DNA from: the human T2T-CHM13v2.0 reference genome, Homo sapiens
Length of the DNA stretch: 64,000 bases
Direction: 5' to 3' (one strand)
Assembly (NCBI RefSeq): GCF_009914755.1
Contig: NC_060930.1
The notes beneath the pieces are model-generated. The model did no database searches, was not told the DNA's origin, and worked only from the letters and a program-made list of their open reading frames with translations. The position numbers and the translations under genes are program-made. Shown here in pieces: positions 25,991 through 38,320 of this stretch (the stretch's first letter is position 1; the number at the start of each line of letters is the position of its first letter).

Positions 25991-28757
25991 GTAAGAAACA
26001 AATGGCACATGTGCTGGGAATGGAAGTCAACCTTTTTGAATTTTTCAAATGTAAGTCAGTCTGGAAAATCCCAGTAAATTGGTATATTTGTTTTGGGTTA
26101 TTTTTGAAGACCTCTTTTAAAATTTGCCTAAAATAAATTCTCGGTATGCTATAATTATAGCAGAACTCTTTTCTCAGTCACCCACTACCACTGTTAGGGT
26201 GTTAAAATTATCTCAGAAACCAAGCAAGTTTGTGCTACCAACTCACAAAATAAAACAGGCAAAGACAACACTCTGGATAGGGAATTTTATCACCATTATC
26301 TCAAATGGCATTAGTAAAAACGAAAAAAAAAGTAACCATTGCATATAATCACACACAAGTTGGTTACATATGAAGTTTGGCTATAAAATGCACTTTTTAA
26401 TAAAAACATACTGGATCATATGCTTCTAAACAATTTATACCATGTTTATGAATTAATGAATTTTTATGAATTTTTGAATTAAAAAGCTCTTAACCTTTGG
26501 CTACAATCATTGTTCATAATACATTTGGAACAAGTATTTTAGAGTTTGGGCATTCCAAATTCTATCACATTATTTGAATGCCTTCAATGGTGACAAATCT
26601 TTATGCTTTAGATGTAAAGCAACATTTTGTACATGAGTTGTGTGATAGTAAGTTGGTAGTACTATTTCAGGTTAAAAAAATCTCATAGGAATCATCCTGA
26701 ATAAAATGTTCAGAACCATCATTTATTTATTTTGTTTCACATAGAACCTACCAAACACATGAGAATTTTTTTGGGGAGAAATCTGATTGGACATTTGACT
26801 GTGAGTGAAATACACATAAGCAGTGGTGTTAAAGAAACTGATCAATATTTTCTTTGCTTCAGTGTTGGGCAAAAATACTTTCTAGGATTTAGGGGATATT
26901 AGAGATATCCCCTAAATGAACCAGTCTTAGCAGGTTCATTTTGTGATCATAATGAAACATCATATTCTATGAGCAATTTGTACTGTTTTTGGCTTCTCTT
27001 GAGTGAGCCCTACTAATGCCGTATGTTCTGTCGACTTCTTATTCAAAATAGTGGCATGATCATTGCAGAAGCATTTCTATGTTCAGTTATCCTTTCAGAA
27101 TGAATCTACTTTTCAAATCTAAACTAAATTTTAATCCATCTTCTGATAGATAATTTTCTATTTTAAAGACCCTAATTTCAAGTTCACCATTTTCATTTCA
27201 CCTGTTTTATTGTATGATTATTTTCAGCACCTAAAATGGTGCCTGGCAAATAGTAGGCACTTATAAATGAATGAGTGTATTTTTTCATTATAATTGACAC
27301 CTTTTATGCCTGTTCATAATCTTTTATACCAATAAAAATTTGCTGTAGTAATTGCTTCATCCTTATAAATTTCTTGTAACATTTTATGATAAGGAGGTGT
27401 TTAATTTTACCCTAATTTAATACCTTTAGGAAAAATCATTTTTTGCCAACATGAAGTGTGCACTTACTTCTTACCACCCATGCTTATACATGGTAGGCTA
27501 ACCAACCTCAAACAGAGAGTGATGGTGAGTTGTAATGCATTACACCATGTCTGCTGTTATCATTATTCCTTCTCTCTTTCCACAATCATTTAAAAATAAT
27601 TAAGTGTCTGAAAAATTACAAAATAAGTGCTATAGAGAATCAGTGATTTATTAAATGACTATCGGATAAGAAAAAGAAGACAATCTGTCCCAGAAATTTT
27701 GTTGGAATGTTTTTCATGAACAGAATGAATAAAATTTTAGTTTAATAGATCAGTATAATGTAGTTCTACTTTGCTGGAAAAGAAATATATTTGAAAAGCA
27801 TTACGTTGAGTAATTATCTAGATAGGACTAACATCCCATAAATATAAGATCTGATATAAAAGCTATAGCTCAACAGAGAAGAATGAGATTAAATGTATTA
27901 TTAAGTATAGAAGAGTTCAAAGCTTAACAATACAGAAGAGTCCTCTACTCCTTTGAGTCTAGCCCTATAAAGAAGGAAGAATGTTTTCAATAACTTAAAA
28001 GGAAAAACAAAGAAACAAATTATACATTTGCAGGAGGAAAGGAAAAGGTCAAGTAGTACAGCAACCAACGACCACTATGAAGAAAGTGGAGGTCAGACAA
28101 TTTGAGAAGAAAAAAAGCATTGAAAATACCATAAGAAAAGAAACAAAGAAATGATAGAAATAACCTCCAAGCATAATTAAGACAATGTTTAAAATCAACT
28201 TTGATTTTTTAAAAATTTACTTGTCTTCCTATATATAAACACACATAGACAATCAAGAATCACACTGAAAGGAAAATATGAGTGAGAAGGAAGTGGATCC
28301 TTTATAAGCAGGAGAAAGCTAACACCATTTGTTTGTACTGCAGTATTATTTTGTAAAGAGTAATAGCTACTTGTCTTGCATAACTAATTTCTTTAAATAT
28401 CAGAATGAAATGTTATTTTAAGAATTTAGACATCATGAAATAACAAATGCTATTTTTCTATTGGTGTCGGGTGAGGAAAGTACTATAAAGCATTTGTTTT
28501 CCTACATATAATCACCAAGAAAATATCTCATTTAGTACTTCTCTAGAGGGTGCAAGGAAAACAGAAAGGAGATATGTCACTCATAAAATGGAATAAAAAT
28601 GGAATATGGACATCAGTAATTTTTTCTCATCTTAGTTGCTTTGATCCTATAAGAGACTCTAAAATAACAGAGAATTAGATGTTTTTAAAACATTTCCAGG
28701 TCATAGTAAACTCAAAGCCTACATTATCTATCAGATCAGATTTTTAAAATTGATGAA

Positions 28758-29303
28758 TGTATTAATGTTCTCTAGAAGGACAGAACTAATAGGATAGATG
28801 TATACAAGAAGGGGGGTTTACTAAGGAATATTGACCCACGCCATCACAAGATGAAGTCCCACAATAGGCCATCTGCAAGCTGAGGAGCAGGGAAGCCAGC
28901 CCGAGTCCCAAAACCTCAAAAGTAGGGAAGCTGACAGTGCAGCCTTCAGTCTGTGGTTAAAGGCCTGACAGCCCCTGGCAAACCCCTGGTGTAAGTCCAG
29001 GAATCCAAAAGCTGAAGAACTTGGAGTGTGATGGTCAAGGGCAGGAAGTATCCAGCATGGGTGAAAGATGAAGGCTGGAAGAGTCAGAAGATCTGCTCTT
29101 TCCACTTTCTTCTGCCTGCTTTTATTCTAGCCACACTGGCAGCTTATTAGATGGTGCCCACCCACATTGAGGGTGGGTCTGCCTCTTCCAGTCCAGTGAC
29201 TCAAATTTTAATCTCCTTTGGCAACACCCTCACAGAGACACCCAGGAACAATACTTTGCATCCTTCAATCCAATCAAGCTGATACTCAATATTAGTCATC
29301 ACA
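28758..29303 (-). mobile_element. MLT2A-type 3' LTR of a HERVL provirus
   Basis: TGTATT...GTTCTCTAGAAGGACAGAACTAATAGGATAGA...TCAATATTAGTCATCACA; adjacent AGTCCAACCCTT is the polypurine tract read on the minus strand. Confidence 0.92.
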
Positions 29304-31911
29304 AGTCCAACCCTTGTCAACTTGAACCCATACACATCTCCTGAAATCATACATAATCTCCAAATAAAGACAATAATAACATCATAATTATACCTAACAT
29401 AATACAGCTATCCCTTGTACAATCAGAAGCACACTAATCCTTAACCTAAATGCTATTACATAAAGTTAACAACACTTAAATGCTGATATGAAGTCAATGA
29501 ATTTTATGTCACATGATAAAGGAAAAAGAAAGCAAATGAAGATATTTTCCTAGTACAAGTGTATACATGCACAAACATATTCTTAACAGAATAAGGAGGA
29601 AATATATGACAATTACAGTCTTCATTTCTGCAACTGGCCACGTGGTTGTAGCTGGTATTGATGACTACCTTCTTCTACTAACCATTATGTATTCCCTTTG
29701 CCTTCTGCAAGCACCTCAGCGGGTCATGGCTTTTTACCTGGTGGGGTGACCCAAACCTTTATTCTGGAAGGACCTGTGCCATTTGTAGTCCTGTCTGGAT
29801 TGGGTTGGATTGGGTTGTTGTAGTTTCCCATTGACCTTAAACACAGAGGATGGTAATATTAAGAGATGCCCTATGGGATCTCCTGTATTCCATGCATGCT
29901 CTTCCTTGCCTTCATTGTGGAATAGTAGACTGATTTCACCTTGATATTCTGGGTCAATTACCCAGCCAACACTGCAACCCCCTTCTTAGCCTGTTGACTT
30001 GGAGGTAGGAGGGCCCCAATTGGCCAGGTGGTAATCTTAACTTCCAGTTTAATGGAATCATTGTTGTATCCCTTGGTGACAGCATTCTTCCCTCTGGAAC
30101 TAAGATGTCTAGGCCAGCAGAACATAATGTTGTGGGAACAGGAAGCAAAATTTTGCTAGTGGGTCACTAGCGGTGATGGTGAGTGGTGCCACTTCCGCTT
30201 CCACCCCTTGATTCTGGGACCCGTGAACACTGGCTATGGGAGAAACAGTACCATATTTTGGACACTGATTCAAGGCATACACAGCCTTCTGGAGAACTTT
30301 GCCCCAGTCCGGCAAAGTATTGTCACCTAGTTGGCATTGTAATTATGACTTCAAAAGGGCATTCCACAATTCTATCAATCCACCTGCTTCGGGATGATGG
30401 GAAACATGATAAGACCAGTGAATTCCATGAGCATGAGCCCAGTGCTGCACTTCTTTAGCTGTAAAGTGAGTGCCTTGTTCAGAGGCAATGCTGTGTGGAA
30501 TACCATGACAGCGAATAAGGCATTCTGGGAGTTCACGGATGGTACTCTTGGCAGAAACATTGGGCGTAGGATGGGCAAATCCATATCCAGAATAAGTGCC
30601 TATTCCAGTGAGGACAAACCTCTGCCTTTGCATGATGGAAGAGGTCTGATATAATCAACCTGCCACCAAGAAGCTGGCTGATCACCCTGAGGAAGGATGC
30701 CAGACGGAGGGCTCAGTGTTGGTTTCTGCTGCTGGCAAATTGGGCACTCAGCGGTGGCTATAGTCAGGTCAGTCCATGTTGCTGAGCCTATGCATAACCT
30801 CCATTCCTGCCACCATGGCCACTTTGTTCATGAGCCCATTGAGCGATGACAGGGTGGCTGGGGAAAGAGGCTGAGTGGTGTACACAGAATGAGTCATCCT
30901 ATCCACTTGATTATTAAAATCCTCCTCAGCTGAGGTCACCCGTTGGTGAGCACTCACATAGGATACAAATATCTTCACAGTTTTTGACCACTCAGAGAGG
31001 TTCATCCACATACCTCTTCCCCAGATTACTTTGCCACCAATTTTTTAATCATGCTTCTTCCAAGTCCCTGACCATCCAGCCAAACCATTGGCTACAGCAC
31101 ATTAATTAGTATATAATTACACATCTGGCCATTTCTTCTTCCAAGCAAGTGCACAACCAGGTACCCTGCTCAAAATTCTGCCCCCTAGGAAGACTTCCCT
31201 TTGCTACTGTCCTTCAGGGATGTCCTAGAAAGGGGCTGTAGTGCTGCAGCTGTCCACTTTTGGGTGCTACCTGCATATCTTGCAGAATCATCTGTGAACC
31301 AGGCCCTAGTCTTCTCTTCCTCTGTCAACTGATCATGGGGAACTCCCTGTGAGGCCATCAGTGCAGGCTTGGGGAGAGAAGGCAGGGTGGCAGGAGTGGA
31401 GGCCATGGGCATTTGAGCCACTTCCTCATGCAACTGACTTGTGCCTTTAGGACTGGCTCGAGCCTGATCATGTATATACCACTTACAGTTGATGATGGAA
31501 GGCTGCTGTGTATGCCCAACTTTATGGCTAGATGGGTCAGAAAGCATCCAGTTCATGAAAGGCAATTTAGGTTGCATGGTGACTTGATGACTTACAGTCA
31601 AACGTTCAGTTTCTACCAAAGCCCAGTAACAGGCCAAGAGTTGTCTCTCAAATGGAGAGTGGTGATCTGCAGAAGATGGCAGGGCCTTGCTCCAAAATCC
31701 TAGAGGCTTCCACCTCTAGGAGTCACCTATGGGAGCCTGCCAAAGGCTTCAAACAGGATCCCTGTCTGCCATTGACACCTCAAGGACTATTGGATCTGCT
31801 AGGTCATATGGCCCAATTGGCAGAGCAGTTTGCACAGCAGTCTGGACTCGTTGCAGAGCCCACTTAAAATTGGCAGCCTTTCAGGTCACTCAATAAATGG
31901 GCCCATTTTAA
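29304..31911 (-). mobile_element. HERVL/ERVL internal region: decayed end of RT, RNase H, integrase and dUTPase
   Basis: Minus-strand ORF fragments: AWFTDDSARYAG and YVSAHQRVTSAEEDFNNQVD (RNase H); GIPHSIASEQGTHF...WSYHVSHHPEAGGLIE (integrase core); LDILVPEG...IPLNWKLRLPPG (dUTPase, downstream of pol as in ERV-L); multiple frameshifts and stops. Confidence 0.92.
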
Positions 31912-31978
31912 CACACCCAGGAACAATGCTTTGCATCCTTCAATACAATCAAGTTGGCACTCAGTATTAACCATCACA
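31912..31978 (-). mobile_element. Remnant (first ~67 nt) of the MLT2A 5' LTR
   Basis: CACCCAGGAACAATGCTTTGCATCCTTCAAT...TATTAACCATCACA duplicates 29238-29303; provirus flanks atgaa (28753-28757) / gtgaa (31979-31983). Confidence 0.88.
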
Positions 31979-32605
31979 GTGAATGAATAGATTTTCTATG
32001 ACGTTGACTCCTTGGAATGACCACCAGAGGCAATAAGTACACTCTCAGTGACACGAGGATATGAGGCCCTCCTCTGCCCATTTCCACTGGAAATGTCTTA
32101 GATGTCTTAGTGCTTTTCAATCAGGTATATCCAAACAACAAACAAACAAATAAAGTAAGACTAATGCAGAATGAATAACATAGTTCAGGTTCTTCAACAT
32201 AATGGAAAATTATCACATAATCTCCACCTGTTTTGAAACATTATCTTCTTTCCTTCCTTTCCTCCCTTTCTCCCTTTCTCTAAGTCAGTGGAATAGTCTA
32301 GTTTAACTTTGATGTAGAAAATTTAGGCAGTCCTCAACCTCTCTAGGTATGCTGAATTAAAAAAAAAAAGAAGGACATTTTTACTTCCCATGGCAAATGG
32401 AGTTCTCCTCTTTCTTCTGTTCCTCTTCTTCACCTTGCAATGACTGTCATTTTGTAAAACTTTCTCTCTGTCTCTGTCTCTCTTACTCACACATACACTC
32501 ACAATGTTCCTTAATATCTTCTAATCCTGAATTTCCTTTCTCAATTTGTTTAGTTAGATCTTCACTAGAAATAAGTATTAGAAATTGGGAAAAGTTTATA
32601 CTGGT

Positions 32606-33187
32606 TGTATTAGGGTTCTCCAAATAAACAGAACTATTAGGAGATGGATAGATAGATAGATACATTGATTGATAGATGACAGATAGATGAATGGATGGAT
32701 AGGTGGATAATAGGCTGGTAGATGATAGATGGATGATAGACAGATTAGATAGATAGATAGATAGATAATAGATTAGATGATAGACAGAAAGAATAAGAGA
32801 TTTATTATGAAGAATTGGCTTACGTGATTATGGAGCCTGCAAAGTCCCAGTATCTGTGAGCTGCAGATCCATGATATAGTTCACTTTGAGTCCAAAGGCC
32901 AGAGAATCACGGGAGCTGATGGTACAAACCACAGTTCAAGAACTAGAGAGAAAATGAGATGAGATGTCCCAGCTCAACCTGTAAGGCAGAAAAGAAGGGA
33001 AGGAATTCCTCCTTTCTTTGCTTTTTGTTCTATTCAGCCCTCAAGAGATTGGGTGATGCACAGCAATATTGAGGAGGGCAATCTCTTTTACTGTCATCCA
33101 GAAACACCCTCACAGACACACCCGGAAATAATGTTTAATTTAGGTGCCCATGGCCAGTCAAGTTGACACATACAATTTACAATCACA
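32606..33187 (-). mobile_element. MLT2B/C-type ERVL solo LTR containing a (GATA)n expansion
   Basis: TGTATTAGGGTTCTCCA...CAAGTTGACACATACAATTTACAATCACA; flanks ctggt/ctggc. Confidence 0.85.
32642..32787. repeat. Compound (GATA/GATG)n microsatellite
   Basis: gatagatagatagata...gatagatagatagatagata. Confidence 0.9.
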
Positions 33188-34099
33188 CTGGCCTTCAACT
33201 CCAGTGCACAATGTGGTCTTCCTCTTTATTCTCCAAATTCAAGTTCTCTTACTTGCTACAGTTGTCCATATTTCTTGGGAACCATCATTCTAAAAAATGC
33301 TGACCAGGCCTTTCTTAGGCATTTCTAGGAAAAATAATATAAAATACAGAATAAAGTGAGGGGAGTTCAGATATAATGCATTTCTCATAGAAAAAATGTT
33401 AGTGGGATGGTTAGTAAAGAACTGTGCTGTGTAAGCAAGATGTAAGCTTTAAACAAAGTGAAGAAAAGGGGAGAAGCCTAGAAAAAATAACATTATACAG
33501 AAAGAGAATATTCTTAAATATGTCAACTTCTCTTATAGCAAATTTCCCAGTGTTCATTCCTAATACAAGGAGAGTAAAAACTCCATAGAAACCTCAAAAA
33601 GAGCTTTTTCTTGCAATGGGGTTAGGTGTCTAAGGAATAAACAGGACTTTTGAAACTTTACTCTTATGTGACAGATCAGTGAGGAGGAAACACGCTGATA
33701 AGAAGCACTGAACTACTACAAATACGCTTCATTTGCTATAAATACACTTCATTCACTGAACTATAATAAAATTCACTTCAAAAGGAATGTGAACAAAATG
33801 AAAGAACTTGGATATAAAGGGGCAAAAGTGAACAAAAAGATAGGAAATGTGTACAAATCTAAGTAAGCATTATGGAAAGCATAATGATAATAATTATTAA
33901 ATATGTGGAATTAAAAACAAAGTGGAACTAAAACACAAGAGACTAATAACATGGAAAATGGGGCAGGTAGTCAGTTATTTAATAAAAGTTTTTAATATTC
34001 TTGAATTCTGGGGAGGAAAGCAAAAAGCTAATTAACTTTAGTTTTCACTAAGAATATGTATTAAACATTGAAAAAAAATCTGGAAAAATAAAATTGACA

Positions 34100-34475
34100 A
34101 TATTTGAGTTCTCCAGAGAAACAGAACAAATTGGAAGTGTATATATACACAGATATATTATATATTTTAAAGAATTGACTCATGAGATTGTGGGGTCTGG
34201 CTGCAGGGAATAGGTGAATATTGCCGTCTTGAATCCAAAGGCAGTTTGGAGGCAGAATTTCTTCTTCTTCAGGGGACCTCAGTAATTCTTCTTAAGGCCT
34301 CTGACTGTTGGATGAGGTTCCCCAACATCATGGAGGGTGACCTGCTTTACTCAAAGTCTACTGACTGAAACGTTAATCACATCTAAAAAATACATTCACA
34401 GCAACATCTAGACTGCTGTTTTACCAAAAACCAAGTACCATAGCCTAGCCAAGTGGATATAAATTAACGATCACA
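34100..34475 (-). mobile_element. MLT2D-like ERVL solo LTR
   Basis: GAGTTCTCCAGAGAAACAGAAC...AAGAATTGACTCATGAGATTGTGGGG...AAATTAACGATCACA. Confidence 0.78.
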
Positions 34476-34633
34476 AACAGCTAAACATTCCAAACAAGCA
34501 GACAGAGAGAGAAAAAAATAAAGAAATGTGAAGGGGAGGAGAATTTTCAATCAATTCTGGAAAAGACAAAAAAAGAGAAAAAGAGAAACAAATCATAAAT
34601 ATAAAATATAATGGAATTAAATCCATATACAAC

Positions 34634-34968
34634 AATCAGGGTAATTATCACCAGCTGCCTCAAGAAATAACCCCTGAAATCTCACATGATGGACATAATT
34701 CAAGTTTATGTCTCACATCACAACACAATGTGAGTTATACCACCTTTTGCATCTTGTAGTGACACCATACGGTGTAGCCTCCAAGGCAGGGAAGAGAAAA
34801 AATGAAGAGACATGTAGGCCCCTACCGTACTGGCTCATGAAGCCTGGACCACGTCTGGTCTGAGTCATTGACCAGAAGTAGCCGTGTGCCCCAGGCTAAC
34901 TGTAAGGGAGGTCTGGAAAAGTAGGAGGCACATAGGATATTTGATGAGCACTAACTATCTCTGCTTCA
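34634..34968 (-). mobile_element. Old MaLR LTR (MLT1J/K/L-like)
   Basis: AAATAACCCCTGAAATCTCA...CATTGACCAGAAGTAG...TAACTGTAAGGGAGGTCTGGAAAAGTAG. Confidence 0.55.
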
Positions 34969-34974
34969 GGTTGT

Positions 34975-36460
34975 CTTCATAATAAATGCAAACATTAAAA
35001 TTGACAGGTTACTATGATTTTCATATTGGATTAAAATGTCTAAAACAAAGGGATTCGTCTAGGTATGACTTACACAAATACCGCAAATCTTAGGGGAACA
35101 GAAAGACTGAAAATGAGAGATAAGATACACTATGCAAACTCTAACCAGAAGAAAGCTGGTATGCTACCATTAATAGCAATCAAAAAGACTTCAATTTTTT
35201 TAAAAGAATTATTAAGGACAAAGAAAGTGATCATGATAGAATAAAAGGAACAAGGAAAACTAAAAAATTATGAGCCTGCAAGGTCATAATAACAAAGCCT
35301 ATGGATAAATAAAGATAAATATATCAGAATGAGAACATTTTCATATATATAATAGGGAATGATTTTACCATATCTCTCTTAAAAAGTGATAGATCAAGCA
35401 AAGAGACACAGATTTTAAAAGTACCTTACACAAGATAACTTAATGGCCTTATAGAACTCTATGTCAACTAGATAATTAATTCTACATGCCCCATTCGATG
35501 AAGTAACTCATGAAACAAACAAAGGACCACAACCTAGACCATAAAGCAAGTATCAGCAAATCCTAATGATCCAATAGCATCTAGACTACATCCTCGTATC
35601 ATAATGCAATACAATTAGAAATTGGTGCAAAACAATTGACAAAAAGTTTTAAAATAAAAAACATACTTCAAAGTAATCCATGGCTTGAGAAAAAAACACA
35701 GTTTAAATTTACAAAGTATTTAATAACAGAATGGAAATAAAATTTCACCTCAAAATTTGTGTGTGCAAATAAAGTGGTACCAACAGGAAAATGTACAGTT
35801 TGGAATGCAGATATTAGGCAAGGGTAAGAACTGATACTAATTATCTAAGGTTTCTGCTCAAGATGTTTAAAAAAGTACACAGAAAGAAATAAAAATAAAA
35901 GCAGAAATTAATGACCTAAGGAAAGGCATTAGACAGGGTTGACAAAACAGCAAGTTGATTCTTAGAATAAACTAGCAAATAAACAGAAGACAAGAACAAT
36001 TAAGCAAACAAAGAAAGACAACACAAATGAATAGGATCAAGAATGAAAAGGGGATCATAACTGTAGATACATTATAGATTGAAAAATAAAAATGGATATA
36101 TTGGAGGATATGAGCAATTTTATTCAAACACATTTGAATACTTAGGTGAAGTAAACAATAAGTTTAGAGCAAAATTTACTCAAAAAGAAATAGTACACCT
36201 GAGAACTATAACCGTTAAATAAATTGCATCAGTAGTTAATAGAACAAAATAACAATATGTACAAAAATGTAAAGGACCCATTATGCAATTTGTTCCCAAT
36301 AATGGAAAAAGAAGAAAAATTTCCTCAGCTTATTTTATGAGGCTGATACAATCTTGATGGCAAGCCCTACAGAGGACAGTACTACAAAGAAAAACTATAG
36401 GCCAGTTATTTAAATAGAGAAGCTATAAATGAAATATTATAAAACCCAGTTCAAATGTAC
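34975..36460 (+). mobile_element. Highly decayed L1M ORF2 (endonuclease to RT region)
   Basis: A-rich; ATGCAAACTCTAACCAGAAGAAAGCTGGTATGCT, AAGAATGAAAAGGGGATCATAACT, TATTTTATGAGGCTGATACAATCTTGAT resemble L1 ORF2. Confidence 0.7.
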
Positions 36461-37578
36461 ATATTTTAAAGATCTGTAAATATACAGTAAAACATTAACA
36501 TTTGCCAGATATGGATGATGGGAATAGAGGTGTCTGTATTAATTTCTAATCGTATCTATCTTATTTCCTACTTAAATAGTTTAATTAAAATGAACCTCAG
36601 AGGAGATAGAAAATCTGTCCTGCAATAAAATCTGTTCTAAAATAATAAAGAAAATAGGTCTAAAATAGGTCTGGAAATGAAACAACAACCCTCATCCTTT
36701 ACACCAGCAAGAAGTTCTAAATTTCTTTCTTTTTCTAAATTCATGATGCATACATGTTTTAATTTCTTTTAAATGATCAGAGGCTGATAATTGCAAGCAA
36801 CAATCCCCTAACCTAACTTTTCTCTCAACTAAGCTCACAGCTCCAGGATCAACAATTCCAAATCTTTCAAATATTCTTCTTTTACTACATCTCTTAGTAA
36901 TATTATTGTGCCATCACGTATTTCATTAAGTGGGGCATTATCTATTTAATTACTGCTATGATGAAGGAGATGTAGTTCACTTACAGAATATCACATCACA
37001 TTTTCCCACCCTTCAGTTTCCCAATATAGGTACATTACTGTGCTTAGATTCTTCATTTTTAACCTAATATACTGAGAGCATTATTTCCTGTATAAATGAT
37101 AGACTCTGCACTCTTTAAGATGAAGCTATTTATGTCCTCATTCTTCCCTTTAGCTTCCTTTTTTCCTCGTCCTCTCAGCTTCTACCTCTTTAACTTTGAT
37201 ATTGTGATGGTCAATAACATTTACATTTTATCTATAACCATAATTGTGCCATGGCAGAATACAGAAGTCCCTTCTCTGAAGACATTTTATTCCTTAAAGG
37301 ACTCCCTTTGATTTTTTTTCAGTGGGCCATTTGATGCTTAATTGCCAGTTGCTCTGTGCAGAAGAGAAGGGGTATTTTATTCCATAAAATAACTTGCAGT
37401 GAATTATTCCTTTTTATTTTCACAACTGACTCTCATTCTCTACCTTACCTGTTCTTTCTGAGGCCTGGCCTTCTCCAAATTTTTTCTATCTCCTTGCTGG
37501 CATATACCCTATAGTGCAAGTTGTGGGTACAATAACTGCAAAAGATTGAGGAGCAGGAACTATCTAAATAACCATGGT

Positions 37579-37878
<300 letters not shown>

Positions 37879-38320
37879 GGCCCATGGTGGTGTGGCTAGG
37901 AAAGAGTGCCAACCCTGTCCAAAGGGAAGCTTTCTTTGCTGAAATTATACACTTTCTTTGATCAACTTCTTTTTACTCCGTCATAGTTTTATTCCCCACC
38001 AATCTCCCCCGGACAGTCACTCCATTTTACTTAGTCTCTTGGTACTATTCTCAGAATTCAAATTTTAAATTAATTAATCTGTATTTCTGAAGAGCTGTTT
38101 GTTTTCTTACTGTATATTTTGCTTTCTCCATGGGAAAGATATGCTTGGGAGCCTCATGCAGTCTTGGTGGGAGTTATGTAACCACTGGGCCAGATATGTC
38201 AGGGCACACAGCATGGTGAGCCATTCCCTGGCCAGTTCCATCGCCCAGAGCCAGACCCTTTGGGCCCTACACAGACTGCACAGCCCCAGCATGTGGGGGC
38301 TTGTATAAGGGAAGTTCTGA

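Noticed and set aside
29954-31637. dUTPase, integrase and RNase H ORFs as a domesticated retroviral gene
   Set aside because: Broken into short frames by stops and frameshifts; the integrase core is altered (SEQG in place of SDQG); promoter, gag and most of RT are deleted.
33705-33782. Short local repeats (CACTGAACTA, AAATAC.CTTCATT)
   Set aside because: Too short and degenerate; ordinary slippage inside decayed repeat sequence.
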